DNA of 64,000 nucleotides, from contig CAVPGI010000011.1 in assembly GCA_963704015.1 (NCBI GenBank), forward strand, positions 106,613-170,612. The letters are read 5' to 3'. Below, in pieces: positions 19,242 to 30,822 of this stretch (the stretch's first letter is position 1; every line of letters starts with the position of its first letter). Position numbers and translations under genes: made by a program. This DNA is from an uncultured Gemmatimonadales bacterium. Lineage in GTDB: Bacteria; Gemmatimonadota; Gemmatimonadetes; Gemmatimonadales; GWC2-71-9. The notes under the pieces were generated by a model. The model ran no database searches. It worked only from the letters and a program-made list of their open reading frames with translations, and was not told the origin of the DNA.

Positions 19242-19931
19242 ATGAGATTGCTCACAGCCCTGCTTTGTATCGGGCTGGTGTCCTGCAAGGGCGCCATGTC
19301 CAAGTCCTCGTCCTCCCTTTCCACGCAGGACGAGAAGCTCGCCTACACCCTGGGGTACCAGATGGGAAAGGGTCTGAAGGACCAGGGGCTCACGGTGTCC
19401 GCCAGCCAGATCACCGCCGGCATTCAGGACGGAAACTCCGGGGCCAAGGCCCAATTGACCGACGCGGAAATGCAGGAGGTCATGTCGGCGACCCAGGCGG
19501 ACCTGATGGCCAAGCGCCAGAAGAAGGATTCGTCCGATGCCGTGACCAATCGGAAGGCCGGGGAGGATTTCCTGGCGGCGCACAAGTCCAAGCCGGGGGT
19601 GAAGACCACGGCGAGCGGGCTCCAGTACAAGGTCCTCAAGGAAGGCTCGGGCGCCCACCCCGCCAAGGCCAGCGTGGTCACCGTCCACTATCGCGGGACC
19701 ACGATCAGCGGGGACGAGTTCGACAGCTCGTATAAGCGCAACGAACCCGCCACCTTCCCCCTCAACGGAGTGATTCCGGGTTGGGCGGAGGCGGTGCAGC
19801 TGATGAACACCGGCGCCAAGTACGAGTTCGTGATTCCGTCGGACCTGGCCTACGGCGAGCGTGGATCCCCGCCCGCGATCGGCCCTAACCAGACGTTGAT
19901 CTTTGAGGTAGAGCTGTTGTCGTTCAAGTAA
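19242..19931 (+). CDS. FKBP-type peptidyl-prolyl isomerase (FkpA/Mip-like), lipoprotein
   Basis: Lipobox LVSC, TTASGLQY, VHYRG, FDSS, VIPGW, LAYG, LIFEVEL. Confidence 0.95.
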   Translation: MRLLTALLCIGLVSCKGAMSKSSSSLSTQDEKLAYTLGYQMGKGLKDQGLTVSASQITAGIQDGNSGAKAQLTDAEMQEVMSATQADLMAKRQKKDSSDAVTNRKAGEDFLAAHKSKPGVKTTASGLQYKVLKEGSGAHPAKASVVTVHYRGTTISGDEFDSSYKRNEPATFPLNGVIPGWAEAVQLMNTGAKYEFVIPSDLAYGERGSPPAIGPNQTLIFEVELLSFK

Positions 19932-19991
19932 ACCGACCTCTCGATCGCGGGCGCTTTGGCTGAGCGCTCGCGATCCACGGCTCCTCGAGGT

Positions 19992-22643
19992 ATGCCCGAC
20001 CTCCTTGCCCGCATCGCCGCCGCGCTCGCGGACCGCTACACCCTCGAGCGCCAGATCGGTACCGGCGGCATGGCCATGGTCTTTCTGGCCGAGGACCTCC
20101 GTCACCAGCGGAAGGTGGCGGTCAAGGTGCTCCGTCCCGAGCTGGCCGCGACGCTCGGCGGAGACCGGTTCTTCCGCGAAATCCAGATCGCCGCGCAGCT
20201 TCAGCACCCGCACATCCTGCCCCTGCTCGATTCCGGCGAGGCGGACGGTTTCCTCTACTACGTCATGCCCTACGTCGAGGGCGAGTCACTTCGGGAACGG
20301 TTGGCTCGCGGGGGGGAGCTGCCGGTCCAGGAAGCGGTGCGCTTGCTCATCGAGGTGGTGGACGCGCTGGCCTACGCGCACGCTCGTGGCGTGGTCCACC
20401 GGGACATCAAGCCGGACAACGTGCTGCTCTCGGGCCGGCATGCCCTGCTGAGCGACTTCGGCGTGGCCAAGGCGGTGAGCGAGGCCACCGGGCGCCAGCA
20501 ACTCACCACCGCGGGTGTGGCGCTCGGCACGCCCGCCTACATGGCGCCGGAACAGGCGTCGGCCGATCCCCACGTCGATCACCGCGCCGACCTCTACGCC
20601 GTCGGTGTCCTGGGCTACGAGCTGCTCGCGGGTCGCCCCCCATTTACCGGCAGCTCGGCCCAGGAGGTGCTCGCCGCCCACGTCACCCAGGCGCCCACAC
20701 CGTTGGGAACCCTTCGTCCTACCGTTTCGCCCGCGCTGGCCGCCGTCATCATGCGCTGCCTGGAGAAGCGCCCCGCCGACCGCTGGCAGTCGGCCGATCA
20801 GCTGCTGGCACAGCTCGAGCCCCTGGCCACCCCGAGCGGGGGACACACCGCGGCCGGGATCCCCGCGGTGCCCCGTGGCAAGCCGACGATGCCGGTGCGT
20901 TGGCTCTTTCTGGGCGGGGTGGCGGTCGGCGTAATCGGCCTGGTGCTGCTCGCGTCGCGACTCAACCGCCCCGGTGTGCCCGCGATGCAGATCGGGCGGC
21001 GGATTCAGGCGACCCTGGATCCCGGCCTCGAGATCCAGCCCTCGCTCTCGCCCGACGGGAAGATCCTCGCCTACGCCGCCGGCGCTCTCGAGCCGCGGGT
21101 CTTCGTCCGCCAGGTCGACGGGGGAACGCCGATTCCCGTCGCGCGCGATCTGCCCGGCCCCCAGATCGGCCCGGCTTGGTCTCCCGATGGGAAGTTGCTC
21201 CTGTTCCGGTCGCAGCGCGGCATCGAGCTGGTCCCGGCGCTGGGCGGCACGCCACGGCTGCTGGCCCCCGACCCGAGTCCCCTTTACACGTTCGCGAGCG
21301 CCTGGTCTCCGGACGGCCGCCAGGTGGCATTCCGCCGGGGCGAGACGCTGTATGTGGCGGCGGTGGACGGAGGCTCCAGCCGCGCGCTCCTGACCGGCGT
21401 GAACATTCACTCGATGGCCTGGTCGCCCGATGGGAGGTGGATCGCCTATGTCTACGGCAATCCGGCGGCGGTCGTCCACGGCACCTTCTTCGGGAATCTG
21501 GCTCCCAGCGAGATTCGGGTCAGCGGCGTGGCGGGCAACGCGACGGTGCGGATCACGGACGACACCACGGCGAACTCGAGCCCCGCCTGGACTCCCGACG
21601 GGACGTTGCTCTTCATCTCGAACCGGGACGGGGGACGGGACCTCTATGCCATCCGGCTCGGACGCGACGGGCAACCTCAGGGGTTGCCCACCCGGCTCAC
21701 GACCGGCCTCAACGCGCAGGCGATCGCGGTGTCGGGCGACGGGAGCCGCATCGCCTATACGCTCTTCACCGAGACCTCGAACGTCTGGAGCCTCCCTGTG
21801 CCCGCGTCCGGCGCGATCTCCATTGGCGCGGCGACGCCGTTGACCAGCGGGACTCAGGTGATTGAGAACTTCGACGTCTCCCGGGACGGCCATTGGCTGG
21901 TGTTCGACTCCAATCGGCGGGGCAATTCCGACATCTACCGCATACCCCTGGATCGCCCCGGAGAGCCGGAGCAGCTCACCAGTGGGCCGCTCGACAAGTT
22001 CTTCCCCCACTTTGCCCCGGACGGCAAGGACGTCGCCTACCACTCCTTCGTGCAGGGGCGGCGACAGATCTTCGTGATGCCATCCGCCGGAGGAACGCCG
22101 GTATCGATTGCTCCGGAGCCAGACGACGACCGGGCGCCTCAGTGGTCGGCCGATGGCCGGAGCATCTACTACACCGCCAACTACGCCTCGGCGACAGCCA
22201 TCGAGTCCCGCGTCGTGTCTCGGGATGCGACTGGTGCCTGGGGCAGACCGAAGCGGTGGCGGGCGGGGTGCTTCGTGGCGCTGGCCTCCCCCGACGGGAG
22301 CATGGTGGCATGCCTGCAACTGGACCAGAACACCTATCTCGCCAACACCGCGGGTGACTCGCTCCGAGTCCTGCCCACCGCCCCATTCACGTTCGGCGTC
22401 TCCGGCACATTCACCTGGAGTCCCGACTCGAAGGCGCTTTACTACCTCAAGCCCAATGGAGACTCCGCCGGGGTTCGCCGCGTGCCCGTCTCCGGCGGCC
22501 CCTCGCAACTGGTGGTTCGGTTCGACGACCCGACCCGCCAGTGGCACCGATTCGGTTTTCTGAGCGCGGGCGATCGACTCTATTTGACGCTGGGTGATCT
22601 GCAGAGCGACATCTGGGTGGCCGAGGTAGAGCGGAAACGATAG
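19992..22643 (+). CDS. Ser/Thr kinase with TM and TolB-like (PD40) beta-propeller
   Basis: GTGGMA, HRDIKPDN, DFG, GTPAYMAPE; repeated PAWSPDG/SPDG. Confidence 0.93.
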   Translation: MPDLLARIAAALADRYTLERQIGTGGMAMVFLAEDLRHQRKVAVKVLRPELAATLGGDRFFREIQIAAQLQHPHILPLLDSGEADGFLYYVMPYVEGESLRERLARGGELPVQEAVRLLIEVVDALAYAHARGVVHRDIKPDNVLLSGRHALLSDFGVAKAVSEATGRQQLTTAGVALGTPAYMAPEQASADPHVDHRADLYAVGVLGYELLAGRPPFTGSSAQEVLAAHVTQAPTPLGTLRPTVSPALAAVIMRCLEKRPADRWQSADQLLAQLEPLATPSGGHTAAGIPAVPRGKPTMPVRWLFLGGVAVGVIGLVLLASRLNRPGVPAMQIGRRIQATLDPGLEIQPSLSPDGKILAYAAGALEPRVFVRQVDGGTPIPVARDLPGPQIGPAWSPDGKLLLFRSQRGIELVPALGGTPRLLAPDPSPLYTFASAWSPDGRQVAFRRGETLYVAAVDGGSSRALLTGVNIHSMAWSPDGRWIAYVYGNPAAVVHGTFFGNLAPSEIRVSGVAGNATVRITDDTTANSSPAWTPDGTLLFISNRDGGRDLYAIRLGRDGQPQGLPTRLTTGLNAQAIAVSGDGSRIAYTLFTETSNVWSLPVPASGAISIGAATPLTSGTQVIENFDVSRDGHWLVFDSNRRGNSDIYRIPLDRPGEPEQLTSGPLDKFFPHFAPDGKDVAYHSFVQGRRQIFVMPSAGGTPVSIAPEPDDDRAPQWSADGRSIYYTANYASATAIESRVVSRDATGAWGRPKRWRAGCFVALASPDGSMVACLQLDQNTYLANTAGDSLRVLPTAPFTFGVSGTFTWSPDSKALYYLKPNGDSAGVRRVPVSGGPSQLVVRFDDPTRQWHRFGFLSAGDRLYLTLGDLQSDIWVAEVERKR

Positions 22644-22721
22644 CAGGGCCGCGCACGGCCACCTCTACGTAGGACCCTGGCCCCATCGCCTGGCCCGCCC
22701 TATACTCTGCCATCCTTTCCG

Positions 22722-25700
22722 TTGGGGACTCCCCTGCCAGACGCACCGGCCCAGCTCGTCGCCGCTCTCGCCGACCGGTACGCCATCCTGCGCGAAGTCG
22801 GCGCGGGGGGCATGGCGACGGTCTACCTGGCGGAGGACCTCAAGCACCGCCGCAAGGTGGCCCTCAAGGTCCTGCGCCCCGAGCTGGCCGCGACCCTGGG
22901 CCCGCGAGCGGTTCCTGCGCGAGATCGAAATCGCGGCACAGCTGCAGCACCCGCACATCCTGCCCTTGCTCGATTCCGGCGAAGCCGAGGGATTCCTCTA
23001 CTACGTCATGCCCTATCATCGACGGCGAGTCGCTCCGGGACCGCCTCGCACCGTCAGGGCGAGCTTCCCGTTCCCGAGGCGGTGCGGATCCTTGCCGAGG
23101 TGGCGGACGCGCTGGCCCACGCGCACTCGCGCGGCGTGGTGCACCGAGACATCAAACCCGACAACGTGATGCTTACCGGCCGCCACGCGCTGGTGACCGA
23201 CTTCGGCGTGGCCAAGGCGGTGAGCGAGGCGACGGGACGCCAGACCATGACCACCGCCGGCGTGGCCCTCGGCACGCCGGCCTACATGGCGCCGGAGCAG
23301 GCCACCGCCGATCCACACGTCGATCACCGTGCCGATCTCTACGCCCTGGGCGCGATGGGGTATGAGCTGCTGACCGGCCGACCGCCCTTCACCGGCATCA
23401 CCCCGCAGCAGGTCCTCGCCGCACACGTCACCCAGGCCGCCGATCCGGTTACGGCGCATCGTCCGTCGGTTTCGCCGGTGCTGTCTGATGTGATCATGAA
23501 ATGTCTGGCCAAGCGCCCCGCCGACCGGTGGCAGAGCGCCGACGAGCTGCTGGCCCAGCTCGAGCCCCTGGCCACGCCCAGCGGCGGCAGCACTCCCACC
23601 CAGACCGCGCCGATCACGGGTGTGGCACCTGCCCTCGACCCGTGGCATGGCCATCCCATCCGGGTGGGCGGCCTCTTCCTGCTGGCGGCGGTCGCGGTGC
23701 TGGGCGTGGTCTTCTTCCTGACCATTCAACTCGGGCTCCCCGACTGGGTGCTGCTCGCTGCGCTGGGGCTGCTCGGGATCGGGCTGCCGATCATGGTGAT
23801 CACCGGCCTAGCGGAACGGCGGCGCGCCACGGCCCATGCTACCGGCTTGATGCCGGCCACGGCCGGGTTGCAGGGCTGGCTCACCTGGCGGAAGGCGATC
23901 GGTGGTGGCGTACTCGCATTCTCCGTCCTCGCCGTTGGAACCGTGGTGTACACAGTGATGCGCCTGCTGGGTCTGGGTCCAGTGGGCACGCTGGTCGCTG
24001 CCGGCAAGCTGAGCGCGCGGGATAAGGTGCTGGTGGCCGACTTCGCCAACCGAACCGCCGATTCCACGCTGGGGCAAACGGTAACCGAGGCCTTCCGCAT
24101 CGACCTGGCGCAGTCACCGGTAGTCTCCGTGATGGCGTCGGCGGCGGTGGGAGAAGCGCTCCAGCGCATGGAGCGGGATCCCTCCAAGCCTCTCGACGCG
24201 GCCGCCACGCGGGAGGTGGCCCTGCGGACTGGCGCCAAGGCCATCGTCGAAGGAGAGATCAGTCCGATTGGGAAGGGGATGGTGCTCACCGCCCGTCTGG
24301 TCACTCCGACCGACGGCGCCGAGTTGGTGGCGCTCCGGGAAACGGCGGAAAACGACGCTGGGATCCTGGCTGCGATCGACCGGCTCTCCAAGCGGATGCG
24401 GGAGCGGATCGGCGAATCACTGCGGAGCATCAGGAGCAATGAGCCGCTGGACCAGGTCACCACCGGATCCCTGGAGGCGTTGCGGCTCTACACCCAGGGA
24501 GCGCATGCCACCGACGCGGGCAACTTCGAACAAGGGATTTCTCTGCTGCAGCAGGCCGTGGGGCTGGACACCGGCTTTGCGATGGCATGGCGCAAACTCG
24601 GCGTCGCGTTCATCAACTCCAGCGCGGACTACTCCAGGACGGTCGCGGCGTACACCAAGGCGTTCCAGCACCGGGATCGCCTCCCCGAGGTGGAGCGCTA
24701 TCTGACCGCCGCCTCTTACTACGACAACGTGGAGTACGACCTGGACAAGTCGATGGCGGCCTACCGGGCGGTGCTGCAGATCAGCCCCGACCAAACCACG
24801 GCCCTCAACAACCTGGCCGGCGGCCTCCTCACGAGGCGTCAGTACGCCGAGGCGGAGCAGCTACTGCTCCACGCGGTCGAGGTCGACCCGACCGGGATCA
24901 CCTTCTACAACCAGGCGATCCAGGCCCAGCTGCTCCAGGGCAAGCGCGCCGAGGCCCCCACGACGGGTGACCGGTTGGCGAAGGCGGCGCCGGAGAGCCC
25001 CTTCCTCCCGATTGTGTTGGGTCAACTGGCCACCAGCCGGGAGGCCTACGACAGCGCGCAACGCTTCTTCCGGCTCGCGGCCGGGCGCCCAGAGCCCGCC
25101 ATCCAGTCGTATGCCTTGAATAGCTTGGCCTCGATCGAGATGATCCACGGCCAGTTGGCCAATGCCGAGCGGACCTATCGGGAGCTGATAGCGGTAAGCG
25201 AGAAGCGAGGCCAAGCAGGGTCATACGTGGCCAACGCCGCCTTGATCTCCGACCTGGGCGCCATTTACCGGCGCGACAAGAGCGGAACCCTCAAGCCCGT
25301 AGAGGCGGCTCTGCAGCGCTACCCGCTGGCCAAGTTGTCACCCCTGGATCGGCCCTACTCCGAGCTCGCGATCGCCTATGCGCTAGCCGGACAGCCGGCG
25401 CCAGCCAAGCAAATGCTCGCGGAGTATGAGGCCAATGTGCCGGAGGCCATCCGGCGCGCCAATCCATGGCGGCACTACGCCGCGGGACTGGTCGCCCTCG
25501 CCGATGGGCGGGCCCCGGATGCCATCACGGAATTCCGGGCCTGGTGCGAGGAATTGGGCTGCCCTGACCCGGCCAGGTTCGAGCTGGGGCTTGCCTACGA
25601 CGCGGCGAAGCAAACGGATTCGGCCCTGGCCGTGTATCAGCGTGCCGTGACAGTCCCCAAGCATCTGTTCACATTCTACAGCGACGCTTACGATCTCGCG

Positions 25701-25871
25701 CGCAATTATCAACGATTGGGCGAGCTCTACGAAGAGCGCGGCGAGAAGGACAAGGCGGCCGACTACTACGGGCGTTTCATCAAGCTCTGGAAGGACGCCG
25801 ATCCTGAGCTCCAGCCACAGGTGAAGGAAGCGAAAGAACGGCTGGCGCGACTGGTGGGGGAGAAGCCGTGA
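22722..25871 (+). CDS. Ser/Thr kinase with 3 TM and TPR repeats; likely CTG start at 22734; internal compensated frameshift 22904-23052
   Basis: Kinase motifs as in the upstream paralog; TolB-N-like VADFAN and TPR repeats; the HPHILPLLDSG segment is out of frame. Confidence 0.9.
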   Translation: MGTPLPDAPAQLVAALADRYAILREVGAGGMATVYLAEDLKHRRKVALKVLRPELAATLGPRAVPARDRNRGTAAAPAHPALARFRRSRGIPLLRHALSSTASRSGTASHRQGELPVPEAVRILAEVADALAHAHSRGVVHRDIKPDNVMLTGRHALVTDFGVAKAVSEATGRQTMTTAGVALGTPAYMAPEQATADPHVDHRADLYALGAMGYELLTGRPPFTGITPQQVLAAHVTQAADPVTAHRPSVSPVLSDVIMKCLAKRPADRWQSADELLAQLEPLATPSGGSTPTQTAPITGVAPALDPWHGHPIRVGGLFLLAAVAVLGVVFFLTIQLGLPDWVLLAALGLLGIGLPIMVITGLAERRRATAHATGLMPATAGLQGWLTWRKAIGGGVLAFSVLAVGTVVYTVMRLLGLGPVGTLVAAGKLSARDKVLVADFANRTADSTLGQTVTEAFRIDLAQSPVVSVMASAAVGEALQRMERDPSKPLDAAATREVALRTGAKAIVEGEISPIGKGMVLTARLVTPTDGAELVALRETAENDAGILAAIDRLSKRMRERIGESLRSIRSNEPLDQVTTGSLEALRLYTQGAHATDAGNFEQGISLLQQAVGLDTGFAMAWRKLGVAFINSSADYSRTVAAYTKAFQHRDRLPEVERYLTAASYYDNVEYDLDKSMAAYRAVLQISPDQTTALNNLAGGLLTRRQYAEAEQLLLHAVEVDPTGITFYNQAIQAQLLQGKRAEAPTTGDRLAKAAPESPFLPIVLGQLATSREAYDSAQRFFRLAAGRPEPAIQSYALNSLASIEMIHGQLANAERTYRELIAVSEKRGQAGSYVANAALISDLGAIYRRDKSGTLKPVEAALQRYPLAKLSPLDRPYSELAIAYALAGQPAPAKQMLAEYEANVPEAIRRANPWRHYAAGLVALADGRAPDAITEFRAWCEELGCPDPARFELGLAYDAAKQTDSALAVYQRAVTVPKHLFTFYSDAYDLARNYQRLGELYEERGEKDKAADYYGRFIKLWKDADPELQPQVKEAKERLARLVGEKP

Positions 25872-25873
25872 TA

Positions 25874-25945
25874 GGGCACCGGGCACCTGGTACCGGGTGC
25901 CTGGTCCCTGGTGCCGTTCTGCTTACGACCATCAACCATCGACTC
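25874..25945. repeat. 7-bp tandem/inverted repeat blocks
   Basis: gggcacc gggcacc tggtacc gggtgcc tggtccc tggtgcc; then cgaccat caaccat cgact. Confidence 0.75.
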
Positions 25946-25949
25946 GCGC

Positions 25950-27251
25950 ATGCATAGCGCTCTTCGGATTGCTGCTCTCTCCCTGCTGCCGGCCGGTCTC
26001 TTCGCCCAGGCCGCGCCGCCAGCCTCGCTTCGTCAGGACATCGACCGCCGCACCCAGGCGGTGATGGACAGTGTGGTCGCCTGGCGGCGGGACATCCACC
26101 TGCATCCCGAGCTTTCCGGCCAGGAGGTCCGCACGTCCGCCCTCGTAGCGGAGCGGCTGCGCGCCCTCGGTCTCGAGGTCCGGACCGAAGTGGGTGGACA
26201 CGGGGTCGTGGGGCTGCTCAAGGGAGGCAAGCCCGGGAAGGTGGTCGCCCTACGAGCGGACATGGATGCCCTACCGGTGACGGAGCCCAGCGGCCTCCCT
26301 TTCGCCTCCACCGTCCGCGCGCGCTACAACAACCAGGACGTCGGGGTGATGCACGCCTGCGGTCACGACACCCACGTCGCCATGCTGCTCGGCGTGGCCC
26401 AGGTACTGGCAGGGGTACGCGGCCAGCTTCCGGGGAGCGTCAAGTTTCTCTTTCAGCCCGCCGAAGAGCAGACGCCCGACGGCGGTGCCAAACCGATGAT
26501 CGAGGCCGGGGCGCTCGACGACCCCAAGGTTGATGCCATCTTCGGCCTCCACGTGACCCCCATGCGGGTCGGCACTCTCCAGTATCGCGCCGGTCCCTTC
26601 ATGGCGAGCGCCGATAACCTCCTGATCGTGGTGCACGGGCGGCAGACCCACGGGGCCAAGCCGTGGGCGGGGGTGGATCCGATTGTAGTGGCGTCCCAGA
26701 TCGTGCTGGGTCTGCAGACCGTCGTCAGCCGGCAGGCGGATCTGGTGCGCGCACCGGCGATCGTGACCATCGGCGTCATTCAGGGTGGCGTGCGGTTCAA
26801 CATCATCCCGGACAGCGTGGTGATGCAGGGCACCATTCGGGCACTCGACGACGCCATGCGAGCGGATATCAACGCCCGGATCAAGCGGACCGCGGAGATG
26901 ATTGCCCAGAGCGCGGGGGCTACGGCCACGGTTACCATCGATTTGGGTTACCCGGTGACGGTCAACGATCCCGCGCTGACCGAGCGGATGCTTCCCACCC
27001 TCCAACGCGTGGCGGGACCCGAGCGGGTCACCGAGATTCCGCCCGCCACCTGGAGCGAGGACTTCTCGCGCTACGAAGAAAAGGTGCCCGGGATGTTCTT
27101 CAACCTCGGGGTGACACCGGACGGCGTCGATCCGGCCACCGCCGCACCCAATCATTCGCCTCTCTTCTTCGCCGACGAAGCCGCCTTTCCCACCGGAGTC
27201 CGGGCCCTCGCGAACCTGGCGGTGGACTACCTGTTCGGCGCCAAGCGCTGA
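25950..27251 (+). CDS. exported M20D amidohydrolase
   Basis: RRDIHLHPELS, LRADMDALP, MHACGHD, FQPAEE, SEDF; signal peptide. Confidence 0.93.
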   Translation: MHSALRIAALSLLPAGLFAQAAPPASLRQDIDRRTQAVMDSVVAWRRDIHLHPELSGQEVRTSALVAERLRALGLEVRTEVGGHGVVGLLKGGKPGKVVALRADMDALPVTEPSGLPFASTVRARYNNQDVGVMHACGHDTHVAMLLGVAQVLAGVRGQLPGSVKFLFQPAEEQTPDGGAKPMIEAGALDDPKVDAIFGLHVTPMRVGTLQYRAGPFMASADNLLIVVHGRQTHGAKPWAGVDPIVVASQIVLGLQTVVSRQADLVRAPAIVTIGVIQGGVRFNIIPDSVVMQGTIRALDDAMRADINARIKRTAEMIAQSAGATATVTIDLGYPVTVNDPALTERMLPTLQRVAGPERVTEIPPATWSEDFSRYEEKVPGMFFNLGVTPDGVDPATAAPNHSPLFFADEAAFPTGVRALANLAVDYLFGAKR

Positions 27252-27267
27252 CGGAGACGGGGAGACT

Positions 27268-28224
27268 ATGAATGCCAAGTCAGGCAAGCGCGCTCCCAGG
27301 AAGAAGAAGACCCCCGAGGCTCGGGGCCTGACGGCGGCAGAGCTCTCGACCGGCCACGCACCCGCTGAGGTGATCGAGTTGGCCATGCAGATCGAGGGGG
27401 AGGGCGGGAGCGTGCTCGCGACCTATCGCGATCCGCTCGGAGCGCATTGGCAGATCCTGGCCGGCCTACCGATCGAGCAGGTCGCTCCCACGCCCTATCA
27501 GCGCGACCTCTCCGAGACCCATGTGAAGCGCCTGGTTCAGGCGATCGACCAGCTGGGCCGATTCCTCGACCCCGTGATCGCGGTGCGCGCGCCCGACAGT
27601 ACCTACTGGACCCCCAACGGCAATCACCGCCTGGCCGCGCTTCGAGCCCTGGGCGTCCGGTCGATCGTCGCGCTGGTGATTCCGGATCCCCAGGTGGCCC
27701 ACCGCATTCTGGTGCTCAACACCGAGAAAGCCCACAACGTCCGGGAACGAGCCCTCGAGGTCATCCGGCTGGCCGAGGGCTTGGCGGAGCTGGATCCCCG
27801 GCCCGAGCAGGAGTTCCTGGTCGAGTTCGAGGAGCCCGCGCTACTGACGCTGGGGCTGTGCTATCTGCAAAACGGACGCTTCGCGGGAGGCGTCTATCAT
27901 CCGGTGCTCAAACGGATCGACAGCTTCCTCGAGGACAAACTGCCTCGGGCGCTCGATCGCAGGCGCAAGCGGGCCGAACGCCTCTTGAAGCTCGACGAGG
28001 CGGTGGGAGAGGCGGTGGCGGCGCTCAAGGAGAAGGGGTTTGACAGTCCCTATCTCAAGGCCTTCGTGGTGGCTCGGATCAACCCACTCCGATTCCGGCG
28101 CGGGGCCCGCGCGGAGTTCGACGCTACGATCGAGCAGATGACCGCCGCGGCCCGGAAATTCGACGTCGGCAAGATCAAGGCAAGCCAGGTGGCCAAGACC
28201 GGAGGCGCCCCGGAGGAAGCCTGA
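27268..28224 (+). CDS. stand-alone ParB/Srx N-terminal-domain protein
   Basis: PTPYQRD, FLDPVIAV, PNGNHRL, LNTE motifs; no parA neighbour. Confidence 0.75.
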   Translation: MNAKSGKRAPRKKKTPEARGLTAAELSTGHAPAEVIELAMQIEGEGGSVLATYRDPLGAHWQILAGLPIEQVAPTPYQRDLSETHVKRLVQAIDQLGRFLDPVIAVRAPDSTYWTPNGNHRLAALRALGVRSIVALVIPDPQVAHRILVLNTEKAHNVRERALEVIRLAEGLAELDPRPEQEFLVEFEEPALLTLGLCYLQNGRFAGGVYHPVLKRIDSFLEDKLPRALDRRRKRAERLLKLDEAVGEAVAALKEKGFDSPYLKAFVVARINPLRFRRGARAEFDATIEQMTAAARKFDVGKIKASQVAKTGGAPEEA

Positions 28225-28241
28225 CGAGCCGGGCTTGTGGA

Positions 28242-28730
28242 TTACCGCGCCGGCGTAGGGTTCGCCCCGCCGATTACCCGCTCGATGATGCGGGCGGCGC
28301 GGCTCAGGGTCTCCAGCTCACCCGAGCTCAGCCCGACCAGTCGCGCCGCCAGAGAACGTACTCTCCGGTCCCGCCCCTCGAGCAGGAGACGGCGCCCCTT
28401 CTCCGTGGCCCGGACCCGCACCACTCGACGGTCCTCAGCGTCCACCGCGCGGCTCACCAACCCATCCCCTTCCAACCCCTGTACCAGTCGAGTCATGGTC
28501 GGCGCCTTGACCTGCTCCGCCACCGCCAGGGCGCCGAGGGTGATGGGGCCAGCGAACACGATGACGGAGAGGGCCGAGAGCCGGGGACCGCTGATGCCGC
28601 TCACCGCATCCTGCAGGCGGAGCCGTCGCAGCAGGTGGATGGCTGCACTGTGCAGGCGGTCGGCGGCCTCCTCCTCCGCGTGGACACGTGCGAGGGTGGG
28701 GGGTCTTGCGCGACTCGGGGTCGGCGCCAT
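28242..28730 (-). CDS. MarR family transcriptional regulator
   Basis: LAVAEQVKAPTMTRLVQGLE..LVSR..DRR..TEKG. Confidence 0.92.
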   Translation of the reverse strand: MAPTPSRARPPTLARVHAEEEAADRLHSAAIHLLRRLRLQDAVSGISGPRLSALSVIVFAGPITLGALAVAEQVKAPTMTRLVQGLEGDGLVSRAVDAEDRRVVRVRATEKGRRLLLEGRDRRVRSLAARLVGLSSGELETLSRAARIIERVIGGANPTPAR

Positions 28731-28732
28731 AT

Positions 28733-28751
28733 TACTTAGCCAAGCTAACTA
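28733..28751. promoter_or_regulatory. MarR-type operator between divergent genes
   Basis: TAcTTAGC-caa-GCTAAcTA inverted repeat. Confidence 0.7.
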
Positions 28752-28798
28752 TTCTCGACTGCCGTCGCAACCGGGGCGCACGTCTCAAGGAGGACATC

Positions 28799-29197
28799 AT
28801 GCCGGGCACCGCCACCACCGCGTTCGGGCTCAGTGAGATTGGCCAGATCAGTATCAACGTCAAGAATCTCGATCGGGCAGTCGCGTTCTACCGGGACCAG
28901 TTGGGTGTCCGTTTCATGTTCGCCGCGCCGAACCTGGCCTTCTTCCAATGCGGCACCGTGTCCTTGATGCTGGGGCCACCGGAAACCGCCGAGTTCGACC
29001 ATCCCTCGTCGGTACTCTACTTCACGGTGCCCGACATCGGCGCCGCGTACAAGGCCCTCAAGGAGCGGAAGGTACCGTTTCGGGACCAGCCCCACCGGGT
29101 GCACCGCATGGCCGATCGGGAGCTCTGGATGACCTTCTTCGACGACACGGAAGGAAATACTCTGGCCCTCATGGCTTGGAAGCCGGTCGCCGCATAA
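28799..29197 (+). CDS. VOC/glyoxalase family protein
   Basis: IGQISINVKNLDRAVAFYRDQLG, FFDDTEGN; SD AAGGAGG. Confidence 0.9.
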   Translation: MPGTATTAFGLSEIGQISINVKNLDRAVAFYRDQLGVRFMFAAPNLAFFQCGTVSLMLGPPETAEFDHPSSVLYFTVPDIGAAYKALKERKVPFRDQPHRVHRMADRELWMTFFDDTEGNTLALMAWKPVAA

Positions 29198-29273
29198 CCA
29201 CGGGATCGGATGAAAACGGCTCGCGGTACGAATCACTCTCGTATCGCGAGCCGTCCTCGTGAGGAGTGCTCGG

Positions 29274-30791
<1,518 letters not shown>

Positions 30792-30822
30792 GATCCCACT
30801 CCTTCCTCTTGATGGTCTCTCA

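Noticed and set aside
20286-22547. Long antisense ORFs (also 4587-6050, 29334-30812, 37179-38876, 47096-48700)
   Set aside because: Shadow frames of well-supported genes in high-GC DNA; no motifs
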